DNA of 64,000 bases from Takakia lepidozioides (lineage: Eukaryota; Plantae; Bryophyta). Below, one piece after another: positions 38,547 to 50,689 of this stretch (the stretch's first letter is position 1; each line of letters begins with the position of its first letter). The translations under genes were made by a program, and so were the position numbers. Below the pieces are notes generated by a model. That model saw nothing but the letters and a program-made list of their open reading frames with translations. It made no database searches and was not told the origin of the DNA. The stretch spans positions 40,548,001-40,612,000 of the forward strand of contig CM060731.1 of the NCBI GenBank assembly GCA_030704615.1. Direction: 5' to 3'.

Positions 38547-40570
38547 CTAGTTCTCATACATGCCAATGCCCCATTGATGCAGACAATGCCTAACTTCAGG
38601 AACAGTGGTGTCAACATTGCCAACCCCTATACCAGGGGGGTCCATTGGGCAAGGCATCTCCTCTGGGTGGTCCATGAAGCAGGGCCCTGGCAGATTTGTG
38701 CGGCTGCACAAGGGGTCAGGCAGCTTCTCCTCATTGAGTCCATATTGCAGAAACACAGTGGGTGTGATGCCTGCCAGCCCATGTGCCACATGCCCAAATG
38801 TGGAACGAGGTGTAGAGATCACGTCATCCATAAAGCTGAGCAACCACATGTCTGCCAACACTTTCTTTTCATGATCTACCTTCCCAGTCTGCTGTTTCCC
38901 CTCAAAACTGGGGCTAACTACTTTGACCTGACTGCCTTCCACAGTCGGGTATTTGATATACATCTCTGTCAAATTTTCATGGTATTCCCGTCTAAGGGCA
39001 GTTACCAAGACAGCAACCTTGTCTGGAGGGAGGTCAGCTTTTTCCAAATCTTTTGTGGCTGGCAGTGCAAGGGATTCTGAAGTGGTAAGATTGGGAAGGA
39101 GGCCTTTAATTGTGGCACACTTGAATATGTGCATGCTAACCATGGGTAAGTAGTCGTTCCTCCATGTGCGCACTTGGATTCCCAGTCGTCTATCTGCCAC
39201 CGCCAGGTATGCATCATAAAAGCGAGTTATGCGCCCCCATATTTCATTGTTGGGACTCAGGAGATACCTGCCAGCATGCAGAAAGACAGCTCTATCTGGA
39301 AACAATCTGTTGAGTGCTTCCCGAAAATCTGGTAGGAAGTACAGACCTGGAACACTGTACTGGTTGCTCCAAAAGAGCAGCCAGGGTATGCGGCTGAGAA
39401 GCTTCTGCTCTGCTGGACAGAAGAAGCGAAGGTCTTGTTTTGGGCTGAGATTGGACAGTTTTGTAACCAGGTGCTTTGGTGTGTTGAAGATCTTCCCACC
39501 ATTTGTGTCTTCTGTGGTTCCATTTTCTTTCAACAGGTTCAGAGCTCTGTCATAGAACAAGCCATGGATCTCAGACTGCTCCCGCACAGCAGCTTCAGGA
39601 AAGCCTTGAGGCACCAACCATGAGGAGTCAGGAAATGGTTCACACAGCAGGTGCTGCAGGCTGGCCTCAGGAGTGATCAACAATGCTCGTTTGGTTATCA
39701 AAGAGTACACAAAAGCCGACACCAGAGAGATGAGCTGATTTCCCTTTCCATCAAGATTCTTCCATACCACATACTGGCATCCATCTGGTGCCCTCCCTTC
39801 CAACAGCATCTTTGTCAGATCATGGCCATGCACACATCTTTGGTGCAAGGCCTCATAGTCTCTCAGAGCAGCCAGAAATGGAGTAGATGGGGTGTAGTTT
39901 GAGGCTCGCCAAAAGCAATGTTGCTCATACTTGCTTCTGCAGCTTGGATGGCTCTTACTTGCGAGGGACTTGTCATGTGGGTGATACTGGTGCGGGGCTG
40001 TTATCACTTTGCCTGGGAATCCAACAGTCGAACAGTCTGCACAACCCAAGGCTACCGCAAAGTCAGATTGCTTCCTCAATTGCTCAAGGAGGAATTTGGC
40101 TAAATCTATACTCTCTCTGGGCGCGGGCTCTATGGCCACAAGGCTAAGGCAAACAACGTCTTGTGAGTACATTCTCTCCCTGTCACACACACACACACAC
40201 ATACACACACAATGTCACCCAACCGGTCTTCCTTGGAGTCTGGAGACGAGACACAGAATCAGCGACAACCATTTGTCCCATGCCATGCTCAGGATTCTTG
40301 AAGGTAGACTGCTTTGGATTTCTAAACAGTTGAATTCTGGGAATTCACATGAAACAGGAAAAGGTGAGATGGTCATCAACTACCAATGTCGTTGGGGCCG
40401 ATGAGGCGGCGTCTGTTAGGAGTGGCAAGGGGCACCGCCAGGCTCTGATGCATGACGTCAATCAGGCTAAGGAAGGCCACAAACAGGCCTAGCAGGCCGA
40501 GGAAGAAAAACCGTGCGCACCAACTGGTCGGTCTGCATTCGACTTCCTTCTTCACCCGCCCAGAAACCAT
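38547..40570 (-). CDS. FUT: GT37 xyloglucan/galactoside alpha-1,2-fucosyltransferase (exons 40570-40384, 40012-38547)
   Basis: Type II membrane anchor in exon 1. SCRSKY, LRDYEALHQRC, GKGNQLISLVSAFVYSLIT, LLCEPFPDSSW, FFCPAEQ, RLGIQVR, LADMWLLSFMD..STPRSTFGHVAHGLAG. Phase-consistent GT-AG intron. Confidence 0.92.
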
Positions 40571-40741
40571 ATTCTCTTATTCTACTGATCAACCGATCTA
40601 AAATGCGTGATTACAGAACTGGTCCGGTGTTTTATGATCACATGGCCGTCACAATCTGCAAGACACTCTGAAGAAGACCACCCCCATCTCCTGTGAAGCC
40701 CTCGACAAATTTTCACCATCAGAAATTCTATGGTAGCGCAG

Positions 40742-40745
<4 letters not shown>

Positions 40746-40778
<33 letters not shown>
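40746..40778. repeat. (TC)n microsatellite upstream of the FUT start codon
   Basis: About 16 TC units seen directly. Confidence 0.9.
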
Positions 40779-40782
<4 letters not shown>

Positions 40783-41200
40783 AAGCGTGATGAGACTGCG
40801 TTTGCAGCAGCTGCCAAGATTCAAACCGAACGCTCACTCACATGCCACCGTATTTCCCTTGTACAGGTGCTACCACCACGCTTCCTCCTTGGGGCGGCCT
40901 CATTGTAATTTTGACTTAATTTTATTGACCCTACTAGACCCTCTGACTTGTCACAATATATGTATACCGTACCTGCCTACGCTGTCCGACATTAATTAAA
41001 TAAAAAAAGGGGTTGTCAAAAAACAAATTTGTCCTTCCTATGCCGGAATTCCAGGATATTCGAGAACCCAAACCCAAGCACACTACCACTGTGCTACCCA
41101 TCCACTTGTGCTTAAAGACGACTTTTATTTCGAGAAAGACTGCCGGACCTCTTTTGCAAGAAAAAATAACTATTCCGCCAGACGCTTGACGAACTACATA

Positions 41201-41495
41201 GGCAAGTGCGGTATATATATAAAGGAAACCTGGGAGCGACAGCCCACAATTCAGGCAAGTGCGGCATATATGTAAAGGAAACCTGGGAGCGACAGCCCAC
41301 AATTCAGGCAAGTGCGGCATATATGTAAAGGAAACCTGGGAGCGACAGCCCACAATTCAGGCAAGTGCGGCATATATGTAAAGGAAACCTGGGAGCGACA
41401 GCCCACAATTCAGGGCAGGGCAGGGCAGCGGGTTTGAAACCCCAAACCACGAAGGCGACACAATGTGCACTTACCAGCTGAGCTACTAGCGGATG
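41201..41495 (-). mobile_element. tRNA-derived SINE-like head followed by four tandem 53 bp units
   Basis: Minus-strand A-box TAGCTCAGCTGG and B-box GGTTTCAAACCC. Units start at 41201, 41254, 41307 and 41360 on the + strand. Confidence 0.7.
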
Positions 41496-43707
41496 TGCCA
41501 CTATTTCCTTTTGCAAACATTCTTCTTAAAAATTTACTAGGGCTTCGTGTTGCTCCGAGCTACTTCTGAGAACAAGGATTCTTTTGATTGGAAAAATATA
41601 CTACATAGGTGTGAGAGAAACATTAGGAACTCCGAACAATGTAATAGTATGGTACATTTGCCTAGGCGATCTCTTGTCCTCCCTTGTTCTTTTTGGGTCT
41701 GCTCTCCCTTCGTTAAAAACAAATTAAAATAGAAACAAAGAACAATGTAAGAACTTACAGATTCCGCAGTGATAAGTTCAGTTTTTTTTTTTTTTTTTCC
41801 CCTCATAGATGAAACATGGGAGCCTTGAGGAGGGGGAAAAAATAACACCCTTTCATTTATGAGCCCTGAGACCTACACGATGAACACCGCATAGGGAACC
41901 CGCCCTTAGAAATGAATGACATTACCTTTATGGAGGTATTGTAAAGTGGCAGAACACTACATTGCTTAACTGCATGATTTCAAGCATCAATTCATGATAG
42001 TTTCAAATTAAGGGACTTACCATTAAACCAGATAACCACTTTTTCAGCAAGAGAGAGGAGAGAAACTTCACAGCTCCAATGGGACAAACCCCTCATATGA
42101 CCCCGTTTGCATGAGAGGGCACTTCACTAACCCAAAAGAACATCTGTAGGTGAAACTGTCATTTTCACCGATCTCAGTTCATGCCTCTATCGGTGCCATG
42201 TACTGCTAGTGGTGTAGTACAAGCAGTCACTTTTAAAGTGAAAAACACCCCGTCGCCTCAGGTTTCTTGAAGTTCTTCCAATTGCAAGCCCAGCTGAAAG
42301 AGTTGCCCAGCTGAGGATGGTCCAGAACTCTCCTTGTTGGCTGTGCACTTGCATGGTGTGGCTTCAAGGACCAATCTTAACAATCAGTTATTTTCTGCTA
42401 TTATAATCACTACTCAAACTAATGCTTGCAGTAGGCTTAAGGCCCATAGAGTGAAACCGAGATCCAAACAGGGGGCACGAAAGTGTTAGGAAAAGGTGAT
42501 ACATCCATGGTGAATAAAGCTCGGAAACAGGGCATTCCAACCATGTCGGACTTGTAGTATGCTCCACCAGCACCAAAAGTGCATATTTGAGAACACTGAC
42601 TTACAAGCCCAAAAGTACAGAGCTTCAGAGCATGTAGAATCCTAACTTTGCAACCGGCTTGGGTCCAATGTTGAAGCCCGCTTTGCACTAACCCATTCCA
42701 CTTTAAGTTAGCTCTTGAATCACAAAGACATCTGGATGAAATATCTGCCACGAAAAGCCCTGCACCCTGCTGAAGATGAACAAGAAAACATGGTGTTCAG
42801 ATAACTCTGTTCAACCATGGAAATGGCTACCCTGCAGCACACGGGTGCCTATCACAGTTCTTTCTCTATTGTTAGATCGTAGAACCTTCCTCTCCTGAGT
42901 CAAACTGATAGACCAACATGTATTGTGTGACTCTAAACAAACGAAATTGGGTGACTGCGAATAAATCACCCTCATGACAGCTGTACAACAAACACATCTT
43001 CCCCAATGTTTAGAGTTCTATTTTCTTTCAGATTTTTGGGCCCACCGAAATAGACAACCTTCCCATCATACTTCTGAGCTCTGAAGAGACCCACTCTGGG
43101 TGCATGAGGCTGATCTCCAACAAACAAAGCCAAAAGCTGACTGTTTCAACCATTAATGATTTGGAAGCCAGTTGATTTGTGTCTGAGTACTTGTAATACC
43201 GTAAGACAGTGATGGAACCAAAAGCAGCAGCTTGGAATGAAAATTGCTGTTTGGCAGACAGTATTTTCAGTGACATAGCAGTAAAAAATGTCTTTAACAC
43301 CTGAGATGTACAAAAGCAGCATCACAACGTTATAATTGGTGTTGTTGTGCAGCTCAGAGAAGTGACTATCTACATGAAGAGGAGACACAAGTGAGTATCA
43401 CCCTCTCTCATCTAAAACTAGGTTCTTTCAACCATAGTTTTGAACTACCAGTCAGAAATACCCAGAGGTGCTAGTTGGTGCTTAGTAGAACCCCATCAAG
43501 CCAGAAAGACTGAGTCGAAGTACAACAAATTAGTGCTATTATCTCATCCGGAACTATGGATGATAGAGACCCATTACTGGACAGCAGCATGCACATCAAA
43601 TTCCTAACATTCCATTCAATGTGAGCTCAATAACTTTCTTTTCAATTGCTAGTTACTTCAGATATGATATGTCGATAACTTAAGCAGAGAGGTATGTCCT
43701 GTTCAAC

Positions 43708-44150
43708 CTTGCAAAAATCAGGAGAGACAGGTCAGTCATTCTCACAGACAGCGAGTTCCTGCTTCACCTTCTTCAAGCCATTGCTTACAGCTTGCATATC
43801 TTCAGTTAACAACTTCAGCTGGATCTGCAACAAACAAAATAACACACACCAGTTAGGTTTGATCTACTTTCCCCAATGCAGGCATGGATATGTACATTAC
43901 TCACAATGCCTGTCTATCATTTGACTTGTCCCGTTCGCAACCTTGTTGATAGACTAGAGATGGAGAGGTCAGAAGCACCAGAAAAACAAACATAGCTTCA
44001 AAGATATTTGAAAATTTGGGGCATGTTTGTCAAACTACACATGGATAAGAAGCTGGGTGGAAGGAGACCCACCTTAGTTGCAGCTTCCAAGTGTGGCAGG
44101 TCTTTATGGAAGTCCAGCAAATTTGGCATCCTGTCAGCTACTACCTACAT
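43708..44150 (-). pseudogene. Class II formin FH2-domain fragment
   Basis: VVADRMPNLLDFHKDLPHLEAATK and IQLKLLTEDMQAVSNGLKKVKQELAVCEND*PVSPDFCK, resembling plant FH2 (LEAASK|IQLKSLAEEMQAISKGLEKV), with an in-frame stop. Confidence 0.78.
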
Positions 44151-44155
44151 GATCA

Positions 44156-45545
44156 CTGGACCCACACTCTATCCCTGCTCCTTCAGCTATCCATGCCTCT
44201 GCACAAATCATGCATTCATCCTTGCCTTGCTGCTAGTAGCTGACAATGACAGCCTAGATTTGTTCTAGGAAACACCCAATCACACGAGTTCCTATGCTGA
44301 ATTGCGTCTGCTACTCTCTGTAATCTAACAGGCATTCGACTTTGTGCCTCGGTTCTCCCACCATTGACTGGGGTCAGAAAAGTATTCATTCCACAGCTTC
44401 TCCTCATCTCTGTTACCTGTTTTGGGATACTTTCCTGTTGTCACATTGGCAGTATCATGTCAAAGTCACTCCAAACTATCAAAGATTCACTCAACCAGCT
44501 AACTTGCAGAATTCAACATGAAAATTTAGGGCTGATTCTGATAAGAGGGAAAAACAGGGTGAAATGTGTTGATGAAGGTGCCTTGATCAGCAGTGCCTGA
44601 TTTTATCAATTGTGCCGCCGCTGCTGCGGCTTCCAGTTGACCATCTACCCATGCGGGTTTCTTGTAGCTACCCTTCCACAGGGAATCGTAGGTAATCTGG
44701 AGCTTGAAATACGGCCCTCTTGGATGAATCTGGACCCACACTCTATCCCTGCTCCTTCAGCTATCCATGCCTCTGCACAAATCATGCATACATCCTTGCC
44801 TTGCTGCTAGCAGCTGACAATGACAGCCTAGAATTGTTCCCAGCAAACACCCCAACCCTACTTATCACACTAGTTCCTATGCTGACTTGCGTCTGCTTCC
44901 AACAGGCATTCACCTTTTTGCCTCGATTGTTCCACCATTGACTAGGGTCGGAAACGTATTCATTCCAGAGCTTCTCCTCGTCTCTGTTATCTGTTTTCCG
45001 ATACTTTCCTGTTGCCACATTGGCAGTAACATGTCAAAAACACTCCAAAACCACCATAGATCCACAAACGAGCTAACTTGCAGAATTCAACATGAAAATT
45101 TAGGGACAACTCTGATAACAAGGGAAAACAGGGTGAAATGTGTTGAAAAAGGTGCCTTCATTAGCAGTGCCTTGTTCTATCAATTGTGCGGCTGCCGCTG
45201 CTGTTCCTTGACCTTGTGTCATGACCCATGGAGGATTTGACCGACCATCAACCCAAAAGGACCTCTTGTGTGTGCTGGTTGTGTCTGTAGTAGGTAATGT
45301 CGGATTGACCACCACGGTGCAGCTGAGCAGGCTAAAACCAAGCTGACTCTCCCAAGAACCTTGTAAACATCAGGAAGAATACCAAATGATGGTACCAACA
45401 GGAGCCAAGAGCCCACATTTGCAGGATGGACATTCTTCACATCGTACATTAAGAAAAGCCACACCTTGCGATTGCGGTTGTCCCACCATCGTGCAAATAG
45501 CTGTGAGAGCTCCTGCGGTGTACTCATAATCTGCAAATGTCTCCA
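44156..45545 (-). pseudogene. Three tandem exon-intron modules encoding OSB-type PDF motifs
   Basis: [11 protein letters not shown]|..SFWVDGRSNPPWV, then EEKLWNEYVSDPSQWWNNRGKK|IHPRGPYFKLQITYDSLWKGSYKKPAWVDGQL. The third module is truncated at its acceptor site. Resembles the PDF motif of organellar ssDNA-binding proteins. Confidence 0.65.
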
Positions 45546-45744
45546 CCTGCGATCGGTGTGTGCTCAGGGTTTTTCTTTCGTTTGTTTCCTAACGCCGCGT
45601 GTACCAAACCAACTCACCGGGCCACAAGACCCCACCCAACAATTCACACGAGACAGAGAGACGGGGCTTTGGCAAGCTAAGTTCTGCTCTGTACGAGTTG
45701 TGAGGCAAAGTGAGCAGGTGGGAGACTTGCGGTCCTCCATACTG

Positions 45745-45973
45745 CCTGATGCTGCCCTGATGATGCAGCTTGGCTGTGATGGAGTATTCGTTGGTTCGGG
45801 AATTTTCAAAAATGGATATCCTGCAATGCGTGCTCGTGCGATTGTCCAGGCAATCTCGAATTTCAATGATGCTTATTATTTTAGCTGAGGTCAGTTCTGG
45901 GCTTGGAGAAGCTATGGTTGGCATCAATCTTGCGGATACGAAAGTGGAGCGGTTTGCTGAGAGATCTGAATAG
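45745..45973 (+). pseudogene. PDX1: PDX1 (PLP synthase subunit) C-terminal fragment
   Basis: [29 protein letters not shown], frameshift near 45875, then [27 protein letters not shown]. Confidence 0.88.
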
Positions 45974-46755
45974 ACTGTCATGTAAGTTGTCGCTTGGTAG
46001 CAGCTTCCCGAATTATGCTTCGTCGGACAATCTGTGGAGAGTAGCAGAATGTAGTCTCTGAGAAACGTCTCCAAAATTTTAGATTTTTTCCAGTGTCACT
46101 GCAGTAGTTTTAAGCTCTGGCCCATTGCCAGGGGGGGCTTGGAAGGCCTTACGGACGTTCGGAGGGGAGAATTGCAGTCTGGGTAGTGGGGTAATGCAGA
46201 CTTATAGTAGTCCTGCAACTCACCTAGTCTGCCTACAGGTCATTTGTTGTTTGTTGTGTGAAAGAGAACCCTCACAATCTTTAGTTGGCCTACTGTTAGG
46301 GTGCCTTGGACAACAGATTATAGGTGTTTTGTGGGTAGGAGACATTAATTTCACGAGGGATCTCAAGGTTGGATATTTTCTTTCAAGTCCTTTGGAGGGA
46401 GAGAATGTACTCCTATGATGTTGGCTGCCCTTTGGAGGGAGGGAGGGCGAGAGAGAAAGATCCAGTTGTGGATAAATGAACATTCATGTCTTGTTATTCT
46501 GAGAAGAAGAGAACTTAAATGAGTGGGATTTAGATCTATATCTGTGATTATTTTCTCCATTGAGCGTCCTTGTGGATTGAAATTGTCAAACTCTGCTTTG
46601 CTCACTCTGAGCTGAAATTCTGAGAAAACAAAGACAACAAGATGCATTGAAAAACTTTGTTGCAAATTGTCTTCCTTCCTTTCTCCTCAGCAAATCAGCA
46701 TATGAACTAGTGTGTGAGAAGTAGGGTTGTGGTGTTTGCTAGATAATTTTTTAGC

Positions 46756-49749
46756 TTGCCATTGCCAGCTACTAGCAGCAAGGGCAAGGATCTATGCATT
46801 CTTGTTATCGAGGCAGGGATGGAGTGTGGGTCCAGAACCCTTGGGGAGGGCCAAATTTCAAGCACAAGAGTACCAATGAGTCACTGCATGGCTACAAAGA
46901 AATGTCGAAGGGTAGATGGTCAACTTGAAGCAGCAGCAGCACAGTTGATGAAGTCAGGCACCTCCACCGTGAGCACAGCTTCTGAAAGAGGACCAAGACA
47001 GGGAGTCCACCAGGTCTTTTCTGACACTTGTGGGCATGTGAGGACATTATCTAAGGCAGGACAACTTGAAGAGGCACTGCAAATCTTTAACCAAGGAGGC
47101 ATTTTGGCCGACTCCAAAACTTATGTCTGCCTCTTGCAGGAGTGCATTAAAATGAAAGACCTAGAAATGGGTAAGCAAGTACATGCTCACATTCTCCAGA
47201 GTGGATGCAAGCCAAGCATCTTTCTGCGCAAAACCCTAGTCAACATGTATGCCAAGTGTGGGAGCGTGGAGGACGCGCGCCAAGTGTTTGACAAAATTCT
47301 CAAACCAGACATGTTTGCTTGGAATATGATGATTGCAGGATACACCAAGCATGGGTGTGGTAGGGAGGCTTTTGAGATGTATGAGCACATGCAAAGGGAA
47401 GGGGTGTCGCCTGACAGGGTCACGTTCATATGTGTTCTCAAGGCATGTGTGAGCCTTGGAGTCCTGGAAAAGGGCAAAGAGGTCCACACTAGTATCATCA
47501 AATCTGGAATTGCTTCACATGTCAATTTGGAGAATAGCCTTGTTAACATGTATGCCAAATGTGGAAGCATGAAGGATGCGCAGCAAGTATTTGACAATAT
47601 GGCTGAACGAGATGTGGTCTCATGGAGTGCGATGATCACAGGATATGCTCAACATGGGTGTGGGATGGAGGCTTTCAAGATGTATAAGCAAATGCAACAG
47701 GAGGGTGTTGTGTCTGACAGGGTTACATTCATTTGTGTTCTCAATGCATGTGCTAGCCTAGAAGATCTGGAAAAGGGCAAAGAGGTCCATGCTGACTTAA
47801 TCAAAGCTAGAATTGTGCCAGATCTCATTCTGGAGACTACCCTTACTGCCATGTATTCAAAATGTGGGAGCTTACTGGATGCACGCCAAGTGTTTGGTGC
47901 GATGGCGCAAAGAAATGTGGTCTCATGGAATGCGATGATTGCAGGATATGCCCAGCATGGGTGTGGTTTGGAGGCTTTTGACATGTATGAGCAAATGATA
48001 CGGGAAGGAGTGATGCCCAATAAGGTCACTTTCATTTGCATTCTCAATGCATGTGCACGCGTAGAAGCCCTGGATAAGGGCAAAGAGGTTCATGGTGCCA
48101 TTTTGAAAGCTGGAATTGAGTCAGATACTGCTCTGGATAATACACTTGTGGACATGTATGCCAAATCCGGGAGCATGAAGGATGCACATCAAGTGTTTGA
48201 CAAGATGGCTGAACGAGATGTGGTCTCATGGAACACAATGATTGCAGGATACGCACAGCACGGGAGTGGCTGGGAGGTGTTTGAGATATATGAGCAAATG
48301 ATTCAAGAAGGTGTGACACCCAGCAAGGTCACATTTGTTTGCCTTCTCACCGCATGTGCCACCCTGGCGGCCCTGGAAAAGGGCAAGGAGGTTCATGCTG
48401 ACATTATCAAAGCTGGAATTGCACGAGATATCATTCTGGAGACAACCCTCATTGACATGTATGCCAAATGCAGGAGAATGAAGGATGCACGTGAAGTGTT
48501 TGACAAAATGGTAGAACGGAATGTGGTCTCATGGAGTGCAATGATCGCAGGATATACTCAGCACGGGTGTGGTAGGGAGGCTTTCGAGAGCTATGAGCAG
48601 ATGATACGAGAAGGGGTGTTGCCTGATAAGGTGACCTTTATTTGTGTTCTGAAGGCGTGTGCCAGCTTGGCAGCCCTGGAAAAGGGCATAGAGGTCCACG
48701 CAGACATCATTAAAGCTGGAATAGTGACAGACAGGATTCTCGAGAATACCCTTGTCAACATGTATGCCAAGTGTGGGAGCTTGAAACATTCACGCCAAGT
48801 GTTTGACAACATGGTTGAACGGGATGTGGTCTCATGGAGTGCGATTATTGCAGGATATGCTCAGCATGGGTGTAGCGGAGAGGCTCTGCAACTGTTTGAA
48901 GAAATGCAACAAGAAGGTATGAAGCCGAGCAGTATCACCTTTACATGTGTTCTCTCTGCATGTAGTCATGTGGGCCTGGTGGATGAAGGCTGCCATTACT
49001 TTGATTCCATGAGTCGGGATCATGGGCTCATTCCCACAGTGGAGCATTTTGGCTGCGTGGTAGACCTCCTTGGCCGTGCGGGCCACCTGAATGAGGCAGA
49101 GGACTTAATTAAAAGAATGCCAATTGAACCAGATGCTGCAGTGTGGGGGGCCCTGCTTGGTGCCTGCAGAATTTTTGGTAATGTGGATGTAGCAGAACGC
49201 GTAGCACAAACCCTTCTCAAGTGGGATCCGCAGCACGCCGGAACTTATGTTCTGTTATCGAACATCTATGCTGCGGCTGGCAGGTGGGACGGCACAGCCC
49301 GAGTGAGAAAAATGATGCAGAAGAGAGGGGTCAGAAAGGAGCCAGGCCACAGCTCTATTGAGGTGGCCAAGCAGGTGCATACATTTGTTGTAAATGACAA
49401 ATTGCACCCCCAAATTGAGGATATCCATACAGAGCTGAAGAGGTTGTCTGCACAGATGAAGGAATCTGGGTACGTGCCTGATACACGCTTTGTATTGCAG
49501 GATATGGAGGAGGAGCAAAAGGAATTTTCTCTTTGCCTTCACAGTGAGAAGCTGGCCATTGCTTTTGGGCTCATCAGCACGGCCCCTGGAACACCCCTCC
49601 GTATCATCAAGAACCTTCGGGTGTGTGGTGACTGCCACACCGCCACCAAGTTTATCTCCAAGATTGTTGGGCGAGCGATTGTTGTACGGGATGCCAACCG
49701 CTTTCACCACTTCCAACATGGGGTTTGCTCTTGTGCGGATTACTGGTGA
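46756..49749 (+). CDS. PLS-class pentatricopeptide repeat protein with E1/E2/DYW domain (organellar C-to-U editing factor)
   Basis: Regular P-L-S triplets, PG box PGHSSIE, HSEKLA and CGDCH zinc ligands, terminal CSCADYW. True start codon uncertain. Confidence 0.95.
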   Translation: MPLPATSSKGKDLCILVIEAGMECGSRTLGEGQISSTRVPMSHCMATKKCRRVDGQLEAAAAQLMKSGTSTVSTASERGPRQGVHQVFSDTCGHVRTLSKAGQLEEALQIFNQGGILADSKTYVCLLQECIKMKDLEMGKQVHAHILQSGCKPSIFLRKTLVNMYAKCGSVEDARQVFDKILKPDMFAWNMMIAGYTKHGCGREAFEMYEHMQREGVSPDRVTFICVLKACVSLGVLEKGKEVHTSIIKSGIASHVNLENSLVNMYAKCGSMKDAQQVFDNMAERDVVSWSAMITGYAQHGCGMEAFKMYKQMQQEGVVSDRVTFICVLNACASLEDLEKGKEVHADLIKARIVPDLILETTLTAMYSKCGSLLDARQVFGAMAQRNVVSWNAMIAGYAQHGCGLEAFDMYEQMIREGVMPNKVTFICILNACARVEALDKGKEVHGAILKAGIESDTALDNTLVDMYAKSGSMKDAHQVFDKMAERDVVSWNTMIAGYAQHGSGWEVFEIYEQMIQEGVTPSKVTFVCLLTACATLAALEKGKEVHADIIKAGIARDIILETTLIDMYAKCRRMKDAREVFDKMVERNVVSWSAMIAGYTQHGCGREAFESYEQMIREGVLPDKVTFICVLKACASLAALEKGIEVHADIIKAGIVTDRILENTLVNMYAKCGSLKHSRQVFDNMVERDVVSWSAIIAGYAQHGCSGEALQLFEEMQQEGMKPSSITFTCVLSACSHVGLVDEGCHYFDSMSRDHGLIPTVEHFGCVVDLLGRAGHLNEAEDLIKRMPIEPDAAVWGALLGACRIFGNVDVAERVAQTLLKWDPQHAGTYVLLSNIYAAAGRWDGTARVRKMMQKRGVRKEPGHSSIEVAKQVHTFVVNDKLHPQIEDIHTELKRLSAQMKESGYVPDTRFVLQDMEEEQKEFSLCLHSEKLAIAFGLISTAPGTPLRIIKNLRVCGDCHTATKFISKIVGRAIVVRDANRFHHFQHGVCSCADYW

Positions 49750-50689
49750 AGCAAGACAAGACACATACCGCCTACTACCATAAGGGTATCAATTTAGATT
49801 AGAACAAGCAGCAAACTGCAAATGGCTGTGGCAATGCACACAAACAATATGAAACGTATCCAAAATATACACACACAACAATGCCTAAACTAGACTTGAT
49901 GATTTGGTCATGATTCAACAGATTTTGATCAAGCGCAGATCATTCTGTCCCTGCAAGTGAAGTGTGCACCTGAGCAGCTGCTGCAATTCGTCAACTCAAT
50001 TCCAGTTTCACAAAATCAGTGTGACAGTTTTCCCACTCTCTTGCAATTTCTGGCATGGGTCAGCTCGGCAGCTCTCTTGGTGCCCATAGTGTTATGACTC
50101 TCTAACTTAAGAGTGCTACCGAGACCCACATTCGGATTTCAGACTGTCCAAGATCTGAACCATTCTTGCTGTACAGAAACTGTTGCACACATGATGTCAA
50201 TGTAGACTGGATCTGGCTTCTTTCTTAAATGTTGTAAGTATGTGAGATAAATGATTGTGAATGAGGACTAAGGGCACTTCTTATAGTACACAACGTGTAC
50301 TAATGCACCATTGCTCCAGTTCTCAACATTCTCGAGATCCAACAGTTTGCCCTCAAGGAATATGTACACACGGCCACAGAACAACATGCTGGAGGTGCAA
50401 AGGAGAGAGGTTGAGGCAGTGTAACGTGGAACGGGCAAGGCACTGGCCCCTACGGGAGGTGCGGCTGCAGTTCAGCCTGGTCTCGCCAGACTTCACACTG
50501 GCAGCCTTACCCTCCGGGAGGGCCAGTGCCTTGGCGGTACTTTGCCGACCCAGGTTTAATTAAATTGCAGATCCTCACTACTACCAGCCACTAGATTGAC
50601 ATCGATTTAAGACATGCAGCTCATGTGAAGTAGCGCTCTAGTTGATCAGATGTGGGTGCACTGGTGCAGGAGATATGGAACCCTGCAAG

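Noticed and set aside
40013-40208. N-terminus of the 553 aa FUT ORF (MCMCVCVC...)
   Set aside because: Read-through into the intron and a (CA)n tract; the real exon 1 with the membrane anchor is 40570-40384.
41201-41412. CRISPR-like array
   Set aside because: Units are head-to-tail with no unique spacers, there are no cas genes, and the context is eukaryotic.
47187-49764. Several minus-strand ORFs over the PPR gene
   Set aside because: Antisense shadows of the repetitive PPR coding sequence.
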